Source: the human T2T-CHM13v2.0 reference genome, Homo sapiens
Length of the DNA stretch: 64,000 nt
Direction: 5' to 3' (one strand)
NCBI RefSeq assembly: GCF_009914755.1
Contig: NC_060929.1
Positions within the stretch are counted from its first letter, which is position 1. Each line of letters starts with the position of its first letter. This document shows positions 47,170 to 58,655 of this stretch, in pieces. The notes under the pieces are model-generated. The model did no database searches and was not told the DNA's origin. It saw only the letters and a list, made by a program, of their open reading frames with translations. The translations under genes and the position numbers were made by a program.

Positions 47170-48228
47170 TTATAACAAGGGGGTTATATTGAGTCTTAAG
47201 ATACATAAGTTTGACAGAAGCTATGCATTGTTTTACAAAATTAAGAAACCAATTTAATATACAAGGCCCAAAAATTAAAGTTAATAGTATGATGAGGAGA
47301 GGTCCAGCTAACTCTGATTAAAGTAGTTAGCCAGGGGTTCCAGTTGAACATGTTTTGATACCAGGGGATGTTATTTTCTCGTTCCTGTTGGTGCCTATCT
47401 AGATTTTCTCGAACTTTTGGAGTGTATCTTTTATGACTAAGAATGGTGGAGGAACAGTTAAATCAACTTTGTCAGGGGGTTTCTGGAACATAGGGTCACC
47501 TAGAGCAGTCAAAGGCCGGATTGGCTTGCATGGGCTCCATGAGACCAGGATTTTTTTTTTGGATGGTGAACATAGTGCCAACATTAAATCCTGGGATATA
47601 AAATCTTAATTCCCATGACATGCCATAATATTATTGAGTTGAATTAGGGTCATGGACAGTTATAGTAAGAGGATTACAATTTTTTCTAGTACATAATTTA
47701 GGACAAGGAGCACGAGTTATGGAATGAAGATCTGGTTGATCCCCCAAAGTAGGTGGCTAAAGTTACAAATGTCCAATCAGGGCAGAAAAACTGATAAGTA
47801 TCTCGACAGCTAGCGTCAGGGTGATTCCCAGGACAGAGGTAAAAGTCAACATTTTGGAGTTCTTTTTCTGTACCTTTGGAGCTTCCACATCCAGTTTGGC
47901 TCCCAGAGTGTCCAAATCCTGCTGCAAGGTTGACACTTTCTGCTCCTATGACCGGTAAGTTGTGTTGTTCTTCATGGGTGCGAGCTGGCTCTGAGAACAG
48001 TGCACATAGATCGACTGCAAAGGTGACTTCCTTGGAAGTACCGGCCCTCCAAGTAGTGTTGACGAATACACGTCCTGTTGTGAAAGAGGTGAGGAGGAAG
48101 GAGTAGGAAGGCACGGAGGACATAATAGGTGAAAACAAACAAGAGAAGTAAATAAAAAGAATTAATCTAACAGTTTCACCCGACTTAGGCGCAGTTTTAA
48201 GGGGCCTGATCCAGCCTTGGGGACCCAT
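47170..48228 (-). pseudogene. HERV-T env remnant: open signal peptide + SU N-terminus (48228-47698), frameshifted, with an SU-TM internal deletion
   Basis: ATG at 48228 (aaacATGG) and VDFYLCPG motif. Frameshift near 47725. The junction PPPFLV|IKDTLQK near 47436 is followed by the TM remnant IPWYQNMFNWNPWLTTL. Confidence 0.85.
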
Positions 48229-49985
48229 GTTTCTAGTTGGGCTCTGTTGGCCTTTTTGATGTGGGAGTGATGAATCCAAGCAGGAATTCAATCCGCCTTC
48301 AGAGCCGTTGGCATCGTGAGGATGACGGTGTGAGGTCCCTTCCAAGCAGGAGTGAGTCCTTCTCTCTGGAACTTTTTAATAAACACTAGGTCTCCTGGCT
48401 GGAATGAATGGCAGGGCCCCATCTGTTCAGGAATTGGATTGGGATGGGCTCCTCGAACAAGTGGCAGAATAATATCTTGTACCTCTTGGAGAGACTGTAG
48501 GCACTGCAATAAATTAGCTTGTGATATTTCTGCCAAATGGGCATCTCTTAGCTTAGGCAAGATAGGTGGCGCCTGCCCATACATAATTTCAAAAGGCGAT
48601 GACCCAGCCTGATAAGGGGTGCACCTTACTCTTAAGTAGGGCTAAAGGAAGGAGACTCACCCAATTTTCACCGGTTTTTAAAATTAATTTTGTAAAAGTG
48701 TTTTTTAGGGTGCAGTTCATGCATTCTACCTGCCCAGAGCTCTGGGGTCAATAGGCACAATGGAACTTCCACTGAATGTTTAACGTCTTACTGACCCACC
48801 GAGCTATGGACGAGGTGAAGGCAGGTCCATTATCAGACCCTATGGCAGCAGGCAGCCCGTATCAAGGGATGATTTCATTAAATAAGAACTTAACTACCGT
48901 ATTGGCAGTTTCGTTTTTGGTAGCAAATGCTTCAGTCCATCCAGAGAAGGTGTCTACTAGTACTAGAAGGTATTTGTACCCAGCCCGGTGTGGTTTTACT
49001 TCTGTAAAGTCAATTTCACACTTTTCTTCTGGCAAGTTTTTTCGGAGACAGTGGCCTGGGCTGGGTTTAGGACCTTGCTTGGCATTTACCTGGGCGCAGG
49101 TTGTGCACTGGAGAGCTGCTTGATCTGTTAGGCTTTGAAGATGGGGGATTCTTCTTTGTTTTTGATAGCCTTTCCTGCTGAGGTGAGTAGCCTGCGCTCC
49201 TGGTAGATGGCTCCATGTACATGCACAGTAGCAAAGGTGTACCTGCTGTCAGTGTAAACGTTAATACGTTTATCCTTACCCCATCGGAGAGCCTGAGTGA
49301 GGGCCATCAATTCAGCTTTTTGCGCTGAGGTGTTTGCTTGTAAAGCCTGAGCCCACGGCACATCTGTCTCCATGGTAACAGCTGCACCGGCCTTTCATAC
49401 TCCCTGCTCGAGAAAGCTGCTACTGTCTGTGAACACAGTGGCGTCCACCTTCTCTAGGGGCATATCTTGAAGATTGGGTGGGCGAGTTTCGGTAGTTTCT
49501 AACAGTTCCTGACAGTCATGGATAGTAGCTGGATTCAAACACCATGTGGGAGAGAAAGTCAAACGAGGCTGATCTAACAGTAAACTGATACTGCAGGATG
49601 CGAGCATTTGACATCCATTTGCCAGAAGCACTTTGAAGTAAAGTCTCTATGGCATGAGGAGTTGTAAGGGTTAAATTTTGGCCCAGAGTTAACTTATCAG
49701 CCTCTTGGACTAGGCTTGCTGTAGCTGCTACTGCTCGCAGGCAACTTGGCCATCCAGAGGCCACGGGATCCAGTCTCTTAGATAAATAGGCCACTGGGCG
49801 TCTCCAGGGTCCTAAAGTCTGAGTAAGCACCCCTTTAGCAACTCCCTGGCTTTCATGGACAAACAGGTGAAACGGCTTTGAGATATTAGGGAGGGCTAAA
49901 GCAGAGGCTTCAGTTAATGCCTTTTTCAGGTTTCGAAAAGCCTGTTCTTCTGTGTCTGTCCAAATTAACGGGCCATTTCATTCTG
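48170..49985 (-). pseudogene. Fragmented HERV-T pol (RT connection, RNase H, integrase)
   Basis: GPWRRPVAYLSKRLDPVASGWP (RT connection), [15 protein letters not shown] and NVYTDSRY (RNase H), VDTFSGW, SDNGPAF and WKGPHTV (IN). Multiple frameshifts and stops; the protease and RT core are absent. Confidence 0.9.
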
Positions 49986-51320
49986 TACCTCTTGGATAGC
50001 CGCCACTAAGATTTTTGTTTGTCCTTTGAATGCTTTATCAGCAGCCTTTTCAGCTGCCTGTGTTGCTTGTTTTTGTTTTTCAAACTCTTGGTTGTCAAAA
50101 ACCTTTTGGGCTGTTTCTAAAAGCTGACTGATATTCATTCCAGCAAATCCCTCCAGTTTTTGGAGTTTTCTTTTAATATCTGGGGCTGCCTGAGCCACAA
50201 ATGCCAAATTAAGAGCACGGCTATTTTCGGGGGCCGCCGGGTCAAAAGGGGTGTAAATCCGATAAGCCTCCCGGAGGTGCTCTAAAAACGCTCCTGGTGA
50301 CTCATCGGGCCCCTGGATGACTTCAGTCGCCTTAGACAAGTTTATGGGTTTCCGAGCGGCTCCCTTAATACCCGTGAGGAGATACCAGTGAAAATCGTCC
50401 AAAGTTCTCGTTCCACTTGAGGAATTTGGGTCCCAGTTAGGCCGGGTAGAGGAAAAGACCTTCTCAAGGAGGTCTCTAGCTTCCTCCTCCGGTCTATTGG
50501 CTGATGCAAGGAAGTGCTTTCTGGCCTCTCTCCAGATACGCTCCCTCTCCTCAGAGGTAAAGAGAGTTAAAAGGAGCGGTTGGCAGTCATCCCAGGTGGG
50601 CCGATGGGTCTGGAGTATGGACTCCAACAGTGAGGTCAAAGCCTGGGGCTTTTCAGAGAAGGCAGGATTTTGGGTTTTCCAATTATACAAGTCAGAAGTA
50701 GAAAAAGGGACATAAACCAAGAAGGGGGCTGAGCGCTCATCACCCGGAGGGACTTGTGCCTCTCTCAGTGGTAGTAGAGGGGCTGCTTCCTCCCGCCGCG
50801 GCCGCAGTCGAGAGGCAATGGGTGGCGAGCCCACAGGGGACGTCGTCAAGGAGATATGGGACGACCCTAAGGGAGCAAGTTGGTTGTAAGGCGGTGGGAC
50901 TGGGTGAGGGAGACTCTCCTCTTCTTCAGAGGGAGGCAGTACAGGGGGAGCCGAACCGGCAGAGGGTTGAGGCGAAAACGCGGCCTGGCTCAGGAGGACT
51001 TTGGAGGTGGAATTGTGAATGGCGCATGAACGGAGCCATGAAGGAGGATTCCTGACCAAACTTAACCATTGATTTTTACAGGGAACCTGATTAGGATAGC
51101 CGGGAGCTTGGGTAACAACCCGCCACACGGCTTGAACAATTGTAGGATTCAATGACCCTTCAGAGGGCCACCCAACTCCAAACTTGGGCCATTCTACTTT
51201 ACAGAGTGTCCGGAGCTTGCCTTTCTTAAGGCGGACTCCATAATCCTCTGAGAAACCAAGAGAAAAATTTTTCAGCATGCACTGGAGGGGGCTCCAACCC
51301 TTGCAAGGCCGGGACTCCAT
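49965..51320 (-). CDS. HERV-T gag ORF, 451 aa (MA-p12-CA, lacking NC and the myristoylation Gly); expression unknown
   Basis: MA motif LCKVEWPKFGVGWP, late domain PPPY, CA start PLREAQ, YVPFSTSDLYNWK, and MHR QGPDESPGAFLEHLREAY. It ends at a deletion junction into pol. Confidence 0.8.
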   Translation of the reverse strand: MESRPCKGWSPLQCMLKNFSLGFSEDYGVRLKKGKLRTLCKVEWPKFGVGWPSEGSLNPTIVQAVWRVVTQAPGYPNQVPCKNQWLSLVRNPPSWLRSCAIHNSTSKVLLSQAAFSPQPSAGSAPPVLPPSEEEESLPHPVPPPYNQLAPLGSSHISLTTSPVGSPPIASRLRPRREEAAPLLPLREAQVPPGDERSAPFLVYVPFSTSDLYNWKTQNPAFSEKPQALTSLLESILQTHRPTWDDCQPLLLTLFTSEERERIWREARKHFLASANRPEEEARDLLEKVFSSTRPNWDPNSSSGTRTLDDFHWYLLTGIKGAARKPINLSKATEVIQGPDESPGAFLEHLREAYRIYTPFDPAAPENSRALNLAFVAQAAPDIKRKLQKLEGFAGMNISQLLETAQKVFDNQEFEKQKQATQAAEKAADKAFKGQTKILVAAIQEVQNEMAR

Positions 51321-51473
51321 AAATGACTAAGTTTTACAGTTAAAAAAAAGAATGCTAAAGTACTGGACAACAATTACATGTAAGTTGGGCGTGGGGACAT
51401 TCACATAAGATTTATATATTAACTAATAAAAAATTGAGATTCAAATGATGGCAAGCTGTTTCATCCAAGAACA

Positions 51474-52099
51474 TGCATGTCAGATTACGTTTTCCAAAGA
51501 TGCTGCAACAATATTTCCTATCCCACAATGTGGCCTTGATACTCCTCTCATTAAGAAATGGGGTCTATGTCCTCGCCCCTTTAACCTGAGCCATCTTGTC
51601 TCTGAGTTGTAACTGGTAGAATGCAGCTGAAGTGACACTGTGTGAATTCTAAGACTAGGTTGTAAAAAGTGATGCAACTTTCTCCTTGTTCACTGGCACA
51701 CTCACTTCTGTACCCCCTGAGCCACCATGTAAGATGTCCAACTACCCTGAGGCCTCTATGCTGTGAGGAATGCAAGGGCAGGGTGTGTGTAGGGCATCTG
51801 GTTATCAGCCCCAGCTGAAGTCCTAGCCAACCGCAAGCATCAACTGTCAGACAAGAAAGTGAAGGTGCCTCAGGATGATTCCAGCCTGAGTCACTGGGCC
51901 ACTTGAAGATGTTGAATCACCACAAGTCATTTGAGTTTTCCCACCTGAGGCCCCAGACATCATGGAGCCGATAAAAGCCATTCCTATTGTGTTCTGTCTA
52001 ACCTCTGACCCACAGAATTTGTCAGTAAAATGAAATGGCTGTTTTAAGCCCCTAAACTTTAGGATAATTTTATTTGTTATCTTAATAGTAACTAGAACA
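51474..52099 (+). mobile_element. MLT1-type MaLR LTR inserted in an old L1
   Basis: ttttccaaagatgctgcaacaata...gttttaagcc...gtaactagaaca, with AACA on both sides. Confidence 0.7.
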
Positions 52100-52365
52100 A
52101 ACAGGGAATGCCTTTTCCATGTTCAGTTTTTTTAATTGCTTTTTTTATCAATGTTTAAAGTTTTCTTCATATAGATCTCATGCATTTCCTGTTAGCTGCA
52201 TTCCAAGAGATTTTATCCTTTTTGTTATTACTGTAAGTGAAATATATTCTCCTATTAAGTTTGCAAGTGGGTGTTGTTTACATATATAGATTATGCATGC
52301 ATACATTTGTTCCCAGACAATTTACTTAATTTTTCAATTTGTTTTAGTTGGTTTTCCTGTTGATT

Positions 52366-53221
52366 CTCCCACTCCCAGCAAAAACAAAAACCCATGTCCC
52401 AGACCTTTTTTTAGACTGGTTTGTAACAGATCCTTTAATGGCCCACTTGAGTCCATCAAGCTATGAAGTCTTCCTGAATAAGGAGTGGATTCACTTACTT
52501 CCTAGAGGAACTGCCCAGTTCATATGGTTTGGATTTGTGTCCCCACCCAAATCTCATGTCGAATTGTAATTCCCAGTGTTGGAGGAGGGGCCCGGTGGGA
52601 GGTGATTGGATCATGGCGGTGGATTTCCCCCTTGCTGATCTTGTGACAGTGAGTGAGTTCTCAGGAGATCTGGTTGGTTAAAAGTGTGTAGCACCTCCCC
52701 CTTCCCTCCCTTCCTCCTGCTCCAGCCACAAATGGGTGGAGACGTGCCTGCTTCCTTTTCACCTTCTGCCATGATTGGAAATTTCCTGAGGCCTCCCCAG
52801 AAGCAGAATCCTGTACAGCCTGCAGAATTGTGAGCCATTAAATCTCTTTTCTTTATAAATTACCTAGTCGCAGGTATGTCTTTATAGTGTGTGAGAAGAG
52901 ACTAACACACCAGTAGATAATCTAAGGTAGATCTCCTTTACATCAGACAGGTAAATTAAGTTGTTTCTCTCCCTTCTCATTCCTTTCATCATTTAAGTAA
53001 ATTCTTAAATTCCAATGTTTTTTTTTCTTCAGTAACTAGAAAAGAGGACAATTTCTCCTCTTCTCAATCTTATCTTCTAAACAGAAACTCTGAATACATT
53101 ATCCAAACCTTCAACAATATTTATTGTTTTATATGCACACAAATACACATGTGCATATATATATATAATTTTGTATGCAAAGTATACCTTTATTAATATT
53201 TGTTTAATATTTTGACTTTAA
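52366..53221 (+). repeat. Local direct duplication, copy 2 (inserted into an old L1)
   Basis: Copy of 45295-46143. Its flanks rejoin as L1-like 'cctgttgattctcttggg...catacaatcatatcatctg'. Confidence 0.95.
52520..52909 (+). mobile_element. MST-type MaLR solo LTR (duplicated copy)
   Basis: Same sequence and same CCAGT TSD as 45449-45839, so it was copied with its flanks rather than inserted independently. Confidence 0.85.
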
Positions 53222-53934
53222 AGTCTCTTGGGACTTCCAGGCATACAATCATATCATCTGAAAATGATGATTTTATCCCTTTTCCCTAATTTTTTATATC
53301 TCTATTTTATTTTTCTTTTATATTTGCCTTGGGTAATATAAATTCCATACATGCTGAGTTTGCATAAATATATTATTTTTAGACAAAGTTAGCTAATTTT
53401 TATTATTAAGCTTGCTGGGGAAGGATCAACTGGGGATGACTAGGCAATTGGATATACAGGCTCGAGGCTCAAGAGAGTAATATGGGATCTGATAATTTGA
53501 AATCTGAGAGTCATCAATGTAGGAGCAATCACTGAAGCCATGAGAGCAGATGAAAGGGCTCCAGGAGGAACAATGTATAGCAAGAGGAGAGAAAAGAGTC
53601 TAGGACAGAACCCGAAGAAACATCAACATGTAGGAGACTGACTGAACAAGTAATCCTGTAGCAGAGAAGTTGAAAAAACAAAAGTGTTTTGCAATAGAAG
53701 GAAAAAAAGATGGCATTTCAAAAAGGGGGAAAGGTCTGCAAGCTCTTGAGAAAGCTAAGGAGTGTCCTTCGGATTGGGCAATTTGAAGGCTGTTGGTGAC
53801 CTTGAAACAGCAGTGTGACCGGAGTGGTGGAGGAAGAAAATTTGTTTGTAGTGAGTTGAGAAATGAATGGCATTTAAGAAAGAGAGAATCATTTTTAACA
53901 AACTTTGAGGAAGTTTGTCTTAATTATTAGAATT

Positions 53935-55320
<1,386 letters not shown>

Positions 55321-55329
55321 AGAGGATAG

Positions 55330-56284
55330 AGAGTAACAGAGGGAAATATGGGGTGGGAGCCCCCACACAGAGACCCCACTGGGGCATTGCCTAGTGGAGG
55401 TGTGAGAAGAGGGCTGCCATCCTCCAAACCCCAGAATGGTAGATCCACCGACAGCTTGCTCCGTGCACCTAGAAAAGCCACAGACGCTCAACGCCAGCCC
55501 ATGAAAGCAGCCAGGAGTGGGGGTTACACCCTGCAAAGCCACATGGGCAGAGCTGCCCAATGCCATGGGAGCCCACCTCTTGCATCAGTGTGACCTGCAT
55601 GTGAGACATGGAGTCAAAAGAGATGATTTTAGACTTTTAAGATTTGACTGCACCACTGGATTTAGGACTTGCATGGGGCCTGTAGCCCCTTCATTTTGGC
55701 CAATTTCTCCCATTTGAAATAGTATATTTACCCAATGTCTGTACCCCCATTGTATCTAGAAAGTAACTAACTTGCTTTTGATTTTACAGGCTCCTAGGTG
55801 GAAGGTACTTGCCTTATCTCAGATGAGACTTTGGACTGGTGGACTTTTGAGTTAATGCTAAAATGAGTTAAGGCTTTGGGGAACTGTTGGGAAGGCATGA
55901 TTGGCGTTGAAATGTGGGGACATGAGATTTGGGAGGTGCCAGGGGTGGAATGATATGATTTGGCTATGTCCCCAAGAAAATTTCATCTCGAATTGCAGCT
56001 CCCATAATCCCCACGTGTCATGAGAGGGACCCAGTGGGAGGTAACTGAATCATGGGGGTGAGATTTTCCCATGCTGTTCTCATGATAGTGAATAAGTCTC
56101 ATGAGATCTGATGGTTTTATAAAGGGCAATTCTCCTGCACATGTTCTCTTACCTGCCACCATGTAAGACATGCCTTTGCTCCTTCACCTTCTGCCATGAT
56201 TGTGAGTCCATTAAACCTCTTCCCTTTATAAATTATGCAGTCTCAGGTATGTCTTTATTAGCAGCATGAGAACAGACTAATACA
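55330..56284 (+). mobile_element. THE1/MST MaLR: 5'-truncated internal segment + 3' LTR (55951-56284)
   Basis: gagcccccacacagagaccccactggggcattgcctagtgga, then PPT aggggtggaa, then tgatatg...gactaataca. Confidence 0.88.
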
Positions 56285-56787
56285 GCTGGGTCATGGGGTC
56301 CATATATTCGGTTGCTTCTGTGAAGGTATTTTTTGAATGAGATTAACATTTAAATTGCTGGACTTTGAATAAAGCAGATTACCCTCCGTAATGTGGATGG
56401 GACTCATCAAATCAGCCGAAGGCCTTAACAGAATAAAGATTGTCCTCCCTCAACCAAGAAGGATTTCAGCCAGCAGACTGCCTTTGAACTCAAACTGCAA
56501 CTTTTCCCTAGGTCTCCAGCCTGCCAGCCTATCCTGTAGACTGTGGATTTATTTGAGTCTCCACAATTGCATGAGCCAATTCCTTAAAATAAATCTCTCT
56601 CTGTCTCTCTCTCAATATATAGATATGTGTGTGTATATGTGTGCATATGTGTGTGGGTACACACACACGTATCTATTTACATTATATACATGTATGTATA
56701 TGTTTGTATATACACACACACTACACACACACATATATATACACACATCATGTTGGTTCTATTACTCCAGATAACTCAGCTAATACA
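56285..56787 (+). mobile_element. MLT2-type (ERVL) LTR with TG/CA microsatellite
   Basis: gagattaacatttaaatt...taaagcagattaccctcc...gagccaattccttaaaataaatctctct...ctaataca. Confidence 0.8.
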
Positions 56788-58623
56788 GTTGGTGACAAAG
56801 GAGACTCTGAAGGGGAGGAGCCAGGGGAAGAAAATATCCTGTCTCATTCTGCTGCCTCTGATCTCTGCATTGACTAAACCTAACTAGAAGCCAGAGGCCA
56901 AAGGAATCTGTCGATATACAAGCTAGCTTCCCAGTGGATGGAGCAGGATGGAGAAGAGGAAGAACGGGCCTGGAGGGACAAACAAAGGGTTAAAAGAAAA
57001 GGTGAGGAATCATTATAATAAAATTCAGGATGGTGGTTGTCTCTAGAAGGGTGAGAAGATTGATTTAGAAGGGACATATAGGATGGGGTTATTTCCTTGA
57101 TCTAAATGACAGTTAAGCAGGTATTTGGTTTATAGTTATTCATTAAACTATACATTTATGTTTTATGCCTTTTGTATATTTTGTAATTTAAAAGTTTAAA
57201 GAAGAAAACAATGCTGAGCAACTAAGAACTTATAAAATATTTGAATGGTAAGTGGTAAATAATTTTCCAGGTGAGCAATTTTGTAGCATTTAAAACCAGT
57301 TAGCTTTAAACACTAGAAAGTATGTTATGGACCATTATACAAGTCTTAACAAGTGAAAAAGTTAAATAAACCTGAACTAAAAGATACTTTCCCTCTTTTT
57401 TTTTCTTTTAAAAAAAGTTGCTTCTAGCCGTATGGGGAAGAAAGAATAATAGCTAGAGACTTGCATATGTTTAAATGCTAACAGCAAGAGCAGTAGAGAG
57501 ATAAGAGTTGAAGACAGGGGAGAAGAAAGGGGAAGTAGATGCAGTACAGTCCCTGCAAGTTAAAAGGTCTACACAAGGCACTATCAGAGGGATCAGCCTG
57601 AAATCAGATAAGGCATTCTTATTGAATTTTGACTGGAGGAAAAAGTAAAGAACGGATGTGGCTACATGCAAATTTGTTAGCTAATTGTGGGAAGCTGAGG
57701 GAAGTTCCCCAGCTGATGCCTCCGTTTTCTCTGACAGAAAACATGAGACTGAGGGAAGAGATATCCAAGTTAGAGACAGGGGTAAGTGAGAAGACTGGAA
57801 CCACTTTGGAGAGCCAGGCAATACCAAATGCTCAATTGAAGTTGGAGGCCATGAATTTATAGTGCCATCAATATGCACTATTTTGAGATTTTCTACAGCA
57901 ATATTTTACAACCCAGATATGGGAATCGAAAAATCACACACTAAGGTTGATCCAGGGTTGGGGTTTTAGACTGAAAAGCAATAGAATGGGGCTATGAGAA
58001 CAGACAAGAGATGCAGCATGAAATCTCAGTTGGATAGGGAAGAAAACGAAGACAGAAGAGGTCTAGCAGAGAGGGAGAAAGCAGGAGGATCAAGAGTTAG
58101 GAGGTCCCAGGAGAGCACAAGCAGGGAACAACTGGATGATGGAAACAGGGTAGAAGGCTGCTTGTCCAAGTTGTTGGATAACTGAATGTGTTGTTTTAGA
58201 TGTGGAGCTGTTGTAGGCAGTGATATTATCTAGGATTTGCCCATGGTAAGGAGGTATAAAGTGGAGGGGAGGTGAAGGTCATCATGGAAAAAGGGGCTGA
58301 GATGTTGAGGAGTTCATGAAGACATTGAGATCATAGAGAACATGGACATATCTGGGGTCGAGAGAAAGACAGAGGCTAGATACTGAGCATTTAATGAACA
58401 ATGTGTGTGTTGAGGTTCCGGAATGAGGTTAGGTGGTTGACTGGGAGGTTGCTAAATGACAGCAACTGGAGAGAGACAGACGGGAGTATAGTAAATGTCT
58501 TCCTTGAATCTCAGAAGAACAGAAGTGCTTCAGGAGGATGAAAGAGTAATTAACTGACTCTCCCTCTCTACCCAGATTGGAATTCCAGAAGGTGAACTAG
58601 AAAGATTCCGCAGGAAGCAAAGC

Positions 58624-58655
58624 ATGGGTAAACCTAGATGGGTAAACCTAGATGG
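58624..58655 (+). repeat. 14-bp tandem duplication
   Basis: atgggtaaacctag x2 followed by atgg. Confidence 0.9.

Larger units (their letters stand above)
46576..51315 (-). mobile_element. HERV-T / HERV-S71 (gammaretrovirus-like) provirus, 5'-truncated with internal deletions
   Basis: gag-pol-env-PPT-LTR order on the minus strand. The Env N-terminus MGPQGWIRPLKTAPKSGETVRLILFIY resembles HERV-T Env. No 5' LTR, PBS or leader is present. Confidence 0.9.

Noticed and set aside
48229-48345. 39-aa N-terminal extension of Env in the ORF track
   Set aside because: It begins at TTG inside integrase sequence. The true Env start is ATG 48228.
45449-52909. The two near-identical MST LTRs as the paired LTRs of the enclosed retrovirus
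   Set aside because: They are MaLR LTRs on the opposite strand, copied together with unique flanks and the same TSD. The provirus has its own different LTR next to its PPT.
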